A stretch of DNA of 64,000 bases. It comes from an uncultured Isosphaeraceae bacterium. GTDB lineage: Bacteria; Planctomycetota; GCA-002687715. Shown piece by piece: positions 31,094 through 43,630 of the stretch. The DNA lies in assembly GCA_964507445.1 (NCBI GenBank), contig CAZDQF010000017.1, forward strand, positions 28,613 to 92,612. The letters are read 5' to 3'. Position numbers and translations under genes: made by a program. The stretch's first letter is position 1. Every line of letters starts with the position of its first letter. The notes below the pieces were generated by a model. It ran no database searches. It was not told where the DNA came from and was given only the letters and a program-made list of their open reading frames with translations.

Positions 31094-31717
31094 GTGAGCG
31101 CTCGCGTCCCCCGAGACATGCCCGCGGAGGTCCTGGCTCCCTACATCGTGGAGCTACCGGACCCGCCGCGCCCCCTGGACCTGCCCGGGCTGTTCCGGCA
31201 GCAGGGCCCCCTGGAGCTGGAGATCGGGTTCGGCAAGGGGCGGTTCCTGGTCACCGCCGCGGAGCTGGAGCCCCACAAGAACCTCCTCGGCATCGAGGTC
31301 CGTCACGTCCTGCGGGACTTCGTGGCCTCACGCCTGGCGCGGCGAGCGCTCACCAACGCCCGGGTCATGCAGGGAGACGCGGTCACGTTCATGGCCCACA
31401 TGGTCGGCGACGGATGCCTGGACGCCATCCACTTCTACTTCCCTGATCCGTGGTGGAAGAAGCGCCACCACAAGCGACGCATCTGGACCGCCCCCCTGTT
31501 CGCCGACCTGGAGCGCGCGCTGCGCCCTGGTGGCGTGCTTCACCTGGCATCCGATGTCCCCATGGTGTTCGAAGAGCTGTGCGCACAGGCCGAGGCCCGG
31601 CCCGGATTGACCCGGGACGACGACGCCACCCTGGCGCCGCCGTGCACCACCAACTTCGAGGACAAGGCCGCACGGGACGCCAGGACCGTGGGACGTACGG
31701 CCTTCCTGCGCGCCTGA
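31094..31717 (+). CDS. trmB: tRNA (guanine46-N7)-methyltransferase
   Basis: …LELEIGFGKGRFL…, …IHFYFPDPWWKKRHHKRR…; GTG at 31094 or ATG at 31118. Confidence 0.8.
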   Translation: MSARVPRDMPAEVLAPYIVELPDPPRPLDLPGLFRQQGPLELEIGFGKGRFLVTAAELEPHKNLLGIEVRHVLRDFVASRLARRALTNARVMQGDAVTFMAHMVGDGCLDAIHFYFPDPWWKKRHHKRRIWTAPLFADLERALRPGGVLHLASDVPMVFEELCAQAEARPGLTRDDDATLAPPCTTNFEDKAARDARTVGRTAFLRA

Positions 31718-31723
31718 ACGGCC

Positions 31724-33670
31724 CTACTTCCAGTGGAACCGGGCCCGCTGCTTCACGTGGCAGTCACGGCAGGAGGCGTCCGATTCCGACGGGATCGGCA
31801 CGTCCTGGAGGCGCGAGGCCCCCTCGGTTCCCCGATGGCAATCGGCGCAGTCGGCGTCCACGTGGCCACGACTGCGGTGCGAGAAAGTGTTGGGCTGGGG
31901 CCAGGACCGCATGAGCTCGCCGCCGGTGTAGACCGGGTCCCCTTCCAGGTGACACGCGTCGCAGTCCCCGCCGCCCACGTTGTCATGGTTCTCGTGACAC
32001 GGCGTGCAGGATCTGGCCTCCGCCGTGGTGCCGGGCACACTTGAAGACCGCAGGTCGTCCCCCATGGTGTGGCAGGAGAAGCAACCGTTCTTAAGGCCGG
32101 GCTTGCTGGTGTCCAGGTGCTTGCCGTGGGGGAACTGGTTGACCCCGATCAACCCCGGCAGCCCCGGACGCAGGCCCGCCTCGGGGACGCCGGTGTCATG
32201 ACACTCCGCGCAGGCGGCGTCGCCCGCCGGCCCGCGGTAGATCCCCTTGGTCAATCCCGCCGACGCCTCCCCGGAGACCACGTCGAGGTGACATGACCGG
32301 CACTCGCCGTCCGCCGCCGCGTCCATGGACGAGAGGTGCACGCCGTGCAGGAACGGTCGGTCCGCGAGCTTCGAAGCAAACACCTTGCCGTCGCGATGAC
32401 AGTCCGCGCAATCCTTCCCGCCGGTGTCGAACTCGTGCTGATGGTCCCGCAGGGCCAGGGCGTAGACGTGGGCCCCCACCGTGAGCTCCGCCCGGGCCAG
32501 GCGCTCCACGGTCTTCAATGGAGCCGCGTGCAGGGTCTGGTGGCACTGGGCGCAGCTGACCCCCTGGTCCGCGTCCGCCCCGTGCCACGTCGCCTGCCAG
32601 CGCACCGCCTCCGGCGCCGCCTCCGACCCGTGGCACTCCTGGCAGCGCTCGTACTTGATGCGTTTGAACTCCCGCTCCGGGATGCCCCGCGATGGATCGG
32701 ACGCCTGGGCCACGTCCGCGTACTCGTGGCAGGTCTCACAATCCTCGATCCGCATGGCGCCGGCGCCCTCTCCCATGGCCTCCGCAGACAGGTGCTTGTC
32801 ATGGGGGAAGGTGTCGTAGGTCAGCGCCACCCAGGGGGTGTCGTCACGGGGAGGCACCGGCGCGGTGATCTCCGGGATCAGGTCTCCGTGGCAGTCCACG
32901 CACGTGTCCTCCGCGCGCACGGAGGTCAGGCTCGCCGTGTCCGTGCCGCGATGATCCACGTGACACGGCTGACACGATTGCCCGTCCCAGGAGACGGGGT
33001 GGGTCGGGTTCTCCACGATGTCCGCGTGGCAGGCGCTGCAGGCGGAGGGAGGTGTCCCCACCCAGCCCGAGTGGCACGCCGCGCACGAGCCGTCCCCGTG
33101 CCCCGCCGCCCGGAGCGCCGCCAGCTGCTCCGGCGCGTGGGTCGCCCAGTACCCCGGCGTGTGCACGCGGGCCAGGGAGCCGGGGTTCACCAGGGGCTCC
33201 TCCACGGCGTCCACGAACGACAGGGCGAACAGCGCGCCCACCAGCACCACGGCGGCGTAGTTGCCCCAGCGCAGAGGGCGGAACCGGCCGAACTCCACCT
33301 CGTAGCGAGACCACCGCAGCGGGTCCTCCTTCTTGTCATAGAAGAAGGACTGCTCCTTGAGGGCGCAGGTGAGGGTCCCCTTCTCCTCGTCGATCTCGCA
33401 GGTGAACTTGGAGACCCCGATGACGACGCCGATCTTGCCCTCGCCCTTGATCTCCGTGCGCTCGTCCACGGAGACCCCGGCCATGTAGGTCCCGGACGAG
33501 GTCCCCAGGTCCTCGATGAAGAAGCGGCCGTCTTCGTGGGTGAACGCACAGTGACGTTCCGCGACCATGGGGTCGTCCACCACCAGGTCGCAGGTGGAGC
33601 GTGTCCCCACCACCCCCGCGCGGTTCTCGATGGTGGCGGTCGCGCCTTTCTTCTTCAGGACAATCGCCAC
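31724..33670 (-). CDS. FHA domain - transmembrane helix - multiheme cytochrome c (15 CxxCH) fusion protein
   Basis: N-terminal FHA signature (VGTRSTCDLVVDDPMVAERHCAF…IEDLGTSSGTYMAGV), a TM segment (YAAVVLVGALFALSFV), then 15 CxxCH motifs. The probable start is GTG 33670, 1 nt after the upstream stop; the track ORF begins at GTG 33736. Confidence 0.8.
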   Translation of the reverse strand: MAIVLKKKGATATIENRAGVVGTRSTCDLVVDDPMVAERHCAFTHEDGRFFIEDLGTSSGTYMAGVSVDERTEIKGEGKIGVVIGVSKFTCEIDEEKGTLTCALKEQSFFYDKKEDPLRWSRYEVEFGRFRPLRWGNYAAVVLVGALFALSFVDAVEEPLVNPGSLARVHTPGYWATHAPEQLAALRAAGHGDGSCAACHSGWVGTPPSACSACHADIVENPTHPVSWDGQSCQPCHVDHRGTDTASLTSVRAEDTCVDCHGDLIPEITAPVPPRDDTPWVALTYDTFPHDKHLSAEAMGEGAGAMRIEDCETCHEYADVAQASDPSRGIPEREFKRIKYERCQECHGSEAAPEAVRWQATWHGADADQGVSCAQCHQTLHAAPLKTVERLARAELTVGAHVYALALRDHQHEFDTGGKDCADCHRDGKVFASKLADRPFLHGVHLSSMDAAADGECRSCHLDVVSGEASAGLTKGIYRGPAGDAACAECHDTGVPEAGLRPGLPGLIGVNQFPHGKHLDTSKPGLKNGCFSCHTMGDDLRSSSVPGTTAEARSCTPCHENHDNVGGGDCDACHLEGDPVYTGGELMRSWPQPNTFSHRSRGHVDADCADCHRGTEGASRLQDVPIPSESDASCRDCHVKQRARFHWK

Positions 33671-33671
33671 C

Positions 33672-35147
33672 CTACATCCCCACGATGTCCGCCGGGTCCA
33701 CCCTGGAGATGGCGCTGCACGGACAGTTATAGACACACGCTTCGAACGGCAGGCCCGCGCACAGGTCGCACTTGATGGCCTTCTTGTCGGGCTTCTTGGG
33801 TTTCTTGGGCTTCTCCGCCTCCTCCGAAGCCGCCTCCGGTTCCTGCGCCGGTGTCCCCTTGGAGCGCTTGATGAAGGGCAGCATGCGGGAGAAGAATGAG
33901 CGCCGCTCCTTCTCTTCGCCGCCGGGCTCCGTCAGGGTGGCCATGCGGATGACGCCGTAGGGGCACTTGATCTCGCACGCCATGCATCCGGTGCAGTTGG
34001 GCAGGATGAAGTGGATGGCGCCGTTGACGTCACGGCGGATGGCGCCGTAGTTGCAACCGATCATGCACTCGGGGACCGTGCAGTTGTAGCAGGCGCTGGT
34101 GAGCATGACGTCGCCGGTCTTGATGCCACGCTTGGACAACCGGGGGACACCGTCCTCGTGGACCGAGACGCAGGCCTCCACGCAGGCGTTGCATCGGGTG
34201 CAGCGCTTGAGATCGATGAGCAGGGCCTCCCCTCCCTTCACCGCCTCCTTGCCCACCATGAGGTCCATGGCCGCGGTCCTGGACAGGTCCACCACAGGCG
34301 CCGGGTCGTTCTTCACCTCCTGCCCCTGCTCCTGGGCCAGCAGCAATCCCACGGTCTGCTGGATGCGGGTCCCCGCCTGCACGTCGCGCTTGTACAGGGC
34401 CAGGAAGACCTCTCGGCGCAGCCGCACAACGTCCACCCGGGTCATGGCCACCATGCTGGATGGCCAGGTCTTGTCATCCGCCAGGGACCGCTCACCGAAG
34501 GAGGAGTTGTCCCGCAGGAACGCCACCACCTTGGAGCCCTCCGGCGTGGCCCGCTCTTCCTTGACGATGCCGCTGCGGACCAGATAGACGGCGTCCGCCT
34601 CCTTGCCCTCTTCTGCGATGGCCTTGCCCTCGGCGAACGTCAGCAGCTCCGCGTCCTCCGCCACGGCGGCGAGGACGTGACGATCAACGCCCTTGAACAC
34701 CGGCGCCGACCTCAGGTGGACCGCGAGGGCCCGCTCCCGGTATCGCTCGTCGATCAGGTCCCTGAACGACCCGCCGCCCTTGTAGAGGGTCTTGAACAGC
34801 GGCGCCCCCACCACCATCAGGGTGCAGTGGGCCTCCGCCTTCACGGTGCTGAACTGAGGCTGGTTGGCCAGGGCCGTCATCTCTCCGAACCAGTCATGGA
34901 CCCCGTGGGAACCCATGTTCTCGACGCTGCCGTCCGACTCCGTCCGGTAGGCGGTGGCGATGCCGTCCAACACCACGAACAGCTCTTCCAGGAACTCCCC
35001 CTGCCGGACCAGGGTGTCCCCTGGCATGGCTCGGCGAAACTCCACCTCGCTCTCAGCCGCAGCCATGGCCTTCGGCTTCACCTTGCCGAACAACGGGACC
35101 TGCGTCAGCAGGGCCTTGAGTTCTCCAAACTGCGCAGCGCCGCTCAT
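33672..35147 (-). CDS. Cytoplasmic protein with two cyclic-nucleotide-binding (cNMP) domains and C-terminal multi-cluster 4Fe-4S ferredoxin domains
   Basis: cNMP signatures (…WFGEMTAL…, …FGERSL…); Cys motifs CTRCNACVEAC, CYNCTVPECMIGC, CTGCMACEIKCP and CDLCAGLPFEACVYNCPC; no signal peptide. Confidence 0.8.
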   Translation of the reverse strand: MSGAAQFGELKALLTQVPLFGKVKPKAMAAAESEVEFRRAMPGDTLVRQGEFLEELFVVLDGIATAYRTESDGSVENMGSHGVHDWFGEMTALANQPQFSTVKAEAHCTLMVVGAPLFKTLYKGGGSFRDLIDERYRERALAVHLRSAPVFKGVDRHVLAAVAEDAELLTFAEGKAIAEEGKEADAVYLVRSGIVKEERATPEGSKVVAFLRDNSSFGERSLADDKTWPSSMVAMTRVDVVRLRREVFLALYKRDVQAGTRIQQTVGLLLAQEQGQEVKNDPAPVVDLSRTAAMDLMVGKEAVKGGEALLIDLKRCTRCNACVEACVSVHEDGVPRLSKRGIKTGDVMLTSACYNCTVPECMIGCNYGAIRRDVNGAIHFILPNCTGCMACEIKCPYGVIRMATLTEPGGEEKERRSFFSRMLPFIKRSKGTPAQEPEAASEEAEKPKKPKKPDKKAIKCDLCAGLPFEACVYNCPCSAISRVDPADIVGM

Positions 35148-35149
35148 GA

Positions 35150-36160
35150 TCAGTACCAGATCACCGAGACCGTGTGGACGATGGCGAAGCCGAGCAGCAA
35201 CAACGAGCAGGGCACGTGGACGACGCGCCAGACGTTGATGCTGAACTTGACCCGGGCAGCGGCGGCCAGGTCATCGAGGATCCGGCGTCGCTGGGAGACC
35301 AGCACCATGACATCTTGCAGATCCTGCCGCCCCTCAGGCGCCTCCTCCATCATGCTCATGAGAGCGGTGCGGTGCACCAGGGCCCGGGTCGTCGCCTTCC
35401 CCGCCCCCTTGAGCCGCTTCACCTCGTGCGCGTCCAGCCCATCGTAGGCTTCCCGGATCTTGGCCTTCAGGCTCCGCTCCAGCACGAAGGCCTGCTCGTG
35501 GTTCATGTCGCGCTCCGCGCGGGTCATCCAACGCGGGCCCAGGGCGAACAACACCGTACCGACGACGCCGGTGACGATGACCAGCACGGCCAGCCCGTTG
35601 AGGATCACCCCCATGGGCGAGACCATGGAGAACCCTCCGTGGACCCACAAGGTGACGCCGGAAGCCAGACCCAGGTAGACGTGGAAGTGGAGCCACCTGG
35701 ACATGCGCCCGAGGGGTTCCGTGGGCTCCACCCCGACGATGAACGCCGGTCCACCGACCGCTCCCGGAGTGACCTTGGCCTTACAGATCCGATCGGCCCC
35801 GTGAGCCGCCAACTCCCGCTGCGCCATCTCCCTGATCTCGGCGGCGTTGTTCAGCAACCCCAGGAGCACCCGGCGTCGGATGTCGTTCAGGCCTTGCTCC
35901 GCCTGCTCCAGCTGCTCCAGGGGCACCTTCAGCTTGAACTCGGGCGAGATCCCCAGGCGATGCATGAACTTGCGCAGAGAGTAGACGCAAACCGCCACCA
36001 TGATCCCCAACGTGGTCCACCCACTGGCGAGCACGATGTCCACGTCGGAGCCTTCCCGGGCCCCCGCAGCGCTCCCAGCGGCCGCCAACCACCAGACGAA
36101 CCCGCCTGACACGATGACGGCGACCACGGACCACCAGCTCCTGAACAGGGAGACGTTCAC
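35150..36160 (-). CDS. 5-TM integral membrane protein with conserved intramembrane histidines (possible b-type haem or quinone-interacting subunit)
   Basis: TM helices containing WLHFHVYLG…WVHGG and RVVHVPCSLLLLGFAIVHTV. It overlaps the upstream gene by 4 nt and sits 2 nt from the downstream gene. Confidence 0.55.
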   Translation of the reverse strand: MNVSLFRSWWSVVAVIVSGGFVWWLAAAGSAAGAREGSDVDIVLASGWTTLGIMVAVCVYSLRKFMHRLGISPEFKLKVPLEQLEQAEQGLNDIRRRVLLGLLNNAAEIREMAQRELAAHGADRICKAKVTPGAVGGPAFIVGVEPTEPLGRMSRWLHFHVYLGLASGVTLWVHGGFSMVSPMGVILNGLAVLVIVTGVVGTVLFALGPRWMTRAERDMNHEQAFVLERSLKAKIREAYDGLDAHEVKRLKGAGKATTRALVHRTALMSMMEEAPEGRQDLQDVMVLVSQRRRILDDLAAAARVKFSINVWRVVHVPCSLLLLGFAIVHTVSVIWY

Positions 36161-38193
36161 CGGCGTCTCCCAGGGAAGCCATCGAGCTCGCCGCCGAGCG
36201 ATTCAGCGATCCGCCTCCACTCCGGACGCGTCTTCCCCGAACCGGTGAGCCCCTTCTCGATCAGCTCGTGCCAGTGGCAGTCCGCACAACCTTCCGGGTC
36301 GCTCCGGGACGCCTGCCGCGCGCCCCTGTGATAGCCGTTGCGCTCGTACTTCATGTCCGCATGGACCAGCACGTCCTCCCGGACGTTGAACACGGCCGCG
36401 CCGGGCAGGTGGCAGGTGCCGCACTTCTGTTCCGCCGGATAGGGGTGCCACTGAGCCCCGGCGACGCCCGTCACCCGGACCCGGAAATCGCTCACCGCGA
36501 CGTCCGCCTCGGGGCCGTCAGGGCCGTGGCAACGGGCGCAGGACTGGACGTAGTCCCTCCCCTTGTCCGCGCAGATCTCCGGACGCTCGCCGTGGTCGTG
36601 GCACGCCGAGCAGTCCATGGCGCCGGGCAGGGTCCCGACCCCTGGCGCCCCTCCCTGCGCCGGCACGTGGCAGGACACGCAACCGTCCTCGAGGAGCGGG
36701 TCTCTCAACGCCTTCGCCGTCATGTGGACGTCGTGGGGGAACGTCGGCACCCTGCGAGGAGCCACCGTCTCCTCGCTCCGGATCACGCTCAGCTCGCCGC
36801 CCTTGTGACACTCTCCGCACGCCTTGTCGGAGTAGAGGCTCAGGTCCTCGGGCCGGGTCGACCCCGTGATGTCGCCGTGGCAGGCCACACAGTCCTGGTT
36901 GGTGGGGTTCGGCGGCAGGTGGGTGTCATGAGAGAACGCCTTGCCGCTGATACGAGAGGGCAGCCCGCCCTCGATCCTGGCCCGATGGCACTTGCGACAG
37001 TCTTCCCCCTGCACCAGCTTCCCGCCCCGGCGGGTGATCATGGGGTGGTCGTGGCTGGTCACGGCGAACCCCACCGGCCGGGTCCGCGACACCTCCACCT
37101 GGGGGCGGAGAGTCTTCATGGGGCCGTCGCCGAAGGCGTGGCACGGCGCGCAGCTCTCCACCTTGCCGTGGTCGTCGATTCCCTGGGCGTCCCGCACCGC
37201 CAGCGGGTTGTCCTCGAGGCGGTCGTGGCATTCCGCGCAGGCGCTGTAACGGCGCTCCCGGAACTTGCTCTGCAGCCCGTAGGTGCGGCCTTCCTCCGCC
37301 GGCTCGTGGCAGGCGAGGCACCCCTTGGAGCGCAACGCCGGGTCCTTGTTCAGCGCATCCGCGTCCATGTGAGGACCGTGGGGGAAGGTCCCCAACAGGA
37401 CACACTCGTGAGCAGCGCGTTCCAGCTGCTCGGGCCCCAGCAGTCCCTCCCCCGACCGGTCCTTGTGACAGTCGGCGCAAGAGTCCAGCTTCACCATGGA
37501 GGGGCCGATGGCGGCGCCTGGGTCCGTGAGGAGATCGCCGTGGCATGTCCCGCACGCCGCCGCGTCCGCGCCGCTGCCCGCGGGCAGGTGCTCATCGTGG
37601 CGAAACGCCGCGGGCCGAGGGCCCGTCGCCTTGCCGAGGTAGGCGTTCAGTCCATCGACGAATTCGACGTTCTTCGTCCCCGACGGGTCGGCGTCGATGG
37701 CGTTCGCACCCTCCGGATCGTGACACTCGAAGCAGGTGTGCCACCCGGGCCGGAACTTGATGTCACCGCGCCTGCCCAGATCATCCGGGCGTCCGGAAGC
37801 CCCCTCGTGGCATCGCTTGCAGTCGTAGGCCGCATGGGACCAGTGCCTGAACGGACGCCCGTCAGCGCGGAGCACGTCCAGGTCTTCCAGGAACGACGGA
37901 CTCGTGTCCTCTCGGTCGAGCTCCAGGGCTGGGGCGCCTCCGCCGCTGCTGTGGCAGGCGTCGCACACCTGCTGCGGGTCCCGGGTCTCGGTCTCGCTCT
38001 TGTAGAGATGGCAGCCCCGACAATCCCTGGCGTATTCGCTGCCGCCCTCCTGGCGCCAGCCCGCACGGACGTGGTCCGCGTGTCGAAACGGCTTGCTGGT
38101 CGACGGCGGCGAGTCGCTCCGCTCGTTGGAGGACGGCACCATCAGGACGAGCTGGGCGGTGGTCACAACCGCCAGGGCCAGAGACCGTCCCAT
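36157..38193 (-). CDS. Secreted multiheme cytochrome c (17 CxxCH)
   Basis: ATG at 38193 precedes a signal peptide (MGRSLALAVVTTAQLVLMVP); 17 CxxCH motifs. The start lies 2 nt after the stop of the tandem-FHA gene. Confidence 0.8.
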   Translation of the reverse strand: MGRSLALAVVTTAQLVLMVPSSNERSDSPPSTSKPFRHADHVRAGWRQEGGSEYARDCRGCHLYKSETETRDPQQVCDACHSSGGGAPALELDREDTSPSFLEDLDVLRADGRPFRHWSHAAYDCKRCHEGASGRPDDLGRRGDIKFRPGWHTCFECHDPEGANAIDADPSGTKNVEFVDGLNAYLGKATGPRPAAFRHDEHLPAGSGADAAACGTCHGDLLTDPGAAIGPSMVKLDSCADCHKDRSGEGLLGPEQLERAAHECVLLGTFPHGPHMDADALNKDPALRSKGCLACHEPAEEGRTYGLQSKFRERRYSACAECHDRLEDNPLAVRDAQGIDDHGKVESCAPCHAFGDGPMKTLRPQVEVSRTRPVGFAVTSHDHPMITRRGGKLVQGEDCRKCHRARIEGGLPSRISGKAFSHDTHLPPNPTNQDCVACHGDITGSTRPEDLSLYSDKACGECHKGGELSVIRSEETVAPRRVPTFPHDVHMTAKALRDPLLEDGCVSCHVPAQGGAPGVGTLPGAMDCSACHDHGERPEICADKGRDYVQSCARCHGPDGPEADVAVSDFRVRVTGVAGAQWHPYPAEQKCGTCHLPGAAVFNVREDVLVHADMKYERNGYHRGARQASRSDPEGCADCHWHELIEKGLTGSGKTRPEWRRIAESLGGELDGFPGRRR

Positions 38194-38195
38194 GG

Positions 38196-39707
38196 TCACG
38201 CGCCGATCCCCAGCACCGCCGGGAACCAGAAGAACAGCACCACGAGGACGACGAGTAGAAGCGCGAGCGCCACGACCGCGACCTTCAGCCCTGCGCCGCC
38301 ACCGCTCTGCTGCCGCATGACGCTCAGGAACGGAGCCTTCGCCATGGCATCGCACCACTGAGCCACCGTCACCCGACCCGACAACAGCAGCGCCTCGCCC
38401 GGGTGCTCCGAATCCGATGCCGCCTCTGCGCTCACCCGCTTCATGGCCGACGCGCTCACCACGTCCTCCGCCGAGAGGATCTCCAACGCATCATGCCAAC
38501 TCTGAACGGAGACGCGGTTCCCGCCGCTGCCCACGTCCGCGACCCAGAGCGCGTCCACGGTTCCGAACCGGACATGGGTGTCCGGATGGAGCTCTCGAGG
38601 CTGATCCGGCATCACCCGATCGGGACCCAAGAACGTGCCGTTGCGGCTGTCCAGATCGTGCAGGAAGAACCGCCCACCCTGGAACCGGATCCGGGCGTGG
38701 GTCGAGGAGACCGCGTCGTGAGACAACCGGCAATGGACACCCTTCTCCTGGTCGTCACTCCTCCCCACCACGACGTTGGGGCCGGAGATATCAAACCGGG
38801 TTCGGATGGCCTCCGTGGCGATGATCAACCGGGCGTTCGCAACCCGGAACGCCGCCATCTCCGCCAGCCCCGCCGCAGCACCCGCCTCCGCCAGCGCTTG
38901 ACCGACGCCATGAGCGAACACGGTCCGCGGTTCGGACGGGGCCGGGCGAGGCTCCTCCGCTTCCGCCTCCTTGGCCGCCGCTTCCTTCGCCGCAGCTTCC
39001 TTGGCCGCCGCCTCCTTGGCCGCCGCCTCCTTGGCCGCCGCCTCCTTGGCCGCCGCTTCCTTGGCCGCCGCTTCCTTGGCCGCCGCCTCCTTGGCCGCAG
39101 CTTCCTTGGCCGCAGCTTCCTTGGCCGCAGCTTCCTTGGCCGCCGCTTCCTTGGCCGCCGCTTCCTTCGCCGCCGCTTCCTTCGCTGCCGCTTCCTTCGC
39201 CGCCGCTTCCTTCGCCGCCGCTTCCTTGGCCGCCGCTTCCTTGGCCGCCGCTTCCCTGGCCTTCTCTGCTTCGAGGCTCCGGATCTTCTCTGCCGCCAAC
39301 CTCGCCTGTTCGGCCGCCGCTCGCGCCTGCTCAGCGACCGCACCGGGCAGCGTGCTCTGCTCGGCGAAGGCGAGCTCCGCTGCGCTGCCCGTCCCCTCCT
39401 GAGGCCCACCCGACACGACGATCGTGGTTCGGCCGATGGTGAGAGTCAGCCCACAGCGGATGGGGTAGGACTCGCCATCGCTGAGGATGGGGCCGGACTC
39501 AATGAGGGTCTTGTTCGTGCTACCACAATCCAGAATCGCGAGGCCACCGTCGACGCCCTCGGCGAACTTGGCGTGAAACGCCGACGCCTTCGCATCATCA
39601 AGAACGAGGTCGTTGCTCGGATGACGTCCTACTCGAAGACCGGCGTGACACGGGACGGTCCTCGGTGCCTTGTCGGGCTCCTCAACCCGCAATTCCCACT
39701 TGCTCAT
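38196..39707 (-). CDS. Tail-anchored protein with two FHA domains separated by an (A/E)AAKE pentapeptide-repeat spacer
   Basis: N-terminal FHA (LRVGRHPSNDLVLDDAKASAFHA…ILDCGSTNKT) and C-terminal FHA (VVVGRSDDQ…VSSTHARIRF…LHDLDSRNGTF); about 21 copies of KEAAA; a C-terminal TM helix (VAVVALALLLVVLVVLFFWF). Confidence 0.8.
   Translation of the reverse strand: MSKWELRVEEPDKAPRTVPCHAGLRVGRHPSNDLVLDDAKASAFHAKFAEGVDGGLAILDCGSTNKTLIESGPILSDGESYPIRCGLTLTIGRTTIVVSGGPQEGTGSAAELAFAEQSTLPGAVAEQARAAAEQARLAAEKIRSLEAEKAREAAAKEAAAKEAAAKEAAAKEAAAKEAAAKEAAAKEAAAKEAAAKEAAAKEAAAKEAAAKEAAAKEAAAKEAAAKEAAAKEAAAKEAAAKEAAAKEAEAEEPRPAPSEPRTVFAHGVGQALAEAGAAAGLAEMAAFRVANARLIIATEAIRTRFDISGPNVVVGRSDDQEKGVHCRLSHDAVSSTHARIRFQGGRFFLHDLDSRNGTFLGPDRVMPDQPRELHPDTHVRFGTVDALWVADVGSGGNRVSVQSWHDALEILSAEDVVSASAMKRVSAEAASDSEHPGEALLLSGRVTVAQWCDAMAKAPFLSVMRQQSGGGAGLKVAVVALALLLVVLVVLFFWFPAVLGIGA
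38942..39260. repeat. About 21 copies of a 15-bp tandem repeat (gccgccgcttccttg and variants) encoding the (KEAAA)n spacer
   Basis: Read from the sequence (39001-39240 is almost pure repeat); coding, in frame. Confidence 0.8.
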
Positions 39708-39757
39708 GGTGCTCGGTAATCCCCGCTTGTTTGCGGGTATGGTAGCGCATGGTGGGA

Positions 39758-43618
<3,861 letters not shown>

Positions 43619-43630
43619 CTTCCGACTCCC

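Noticed and set aside
32336-33775. 479-aa plus-strand ORF inside the FHA-cytochrome gene
   Set aside because: It is the antisense of a gene with 15 CxxCH motifs, and it has no motifs of its own.
38942-39260. Possible CRISPR array, suggested by the regular short repeats
   Set aside because: There are no unique spacers. The units are contiguous 15-mers inside a coding frame, so this is a protein tandem repeat and not a CRISPR array.
38825-39409. ORFs translating the 15-bp repeat in other frames (RKRRP… and AASLAAAS… polymers)
   Set aside because: These are out-of-frame readings of the (KEAAA)n coding repeat. The FHA-containing frame is the only one that is continuous with flanking domains.
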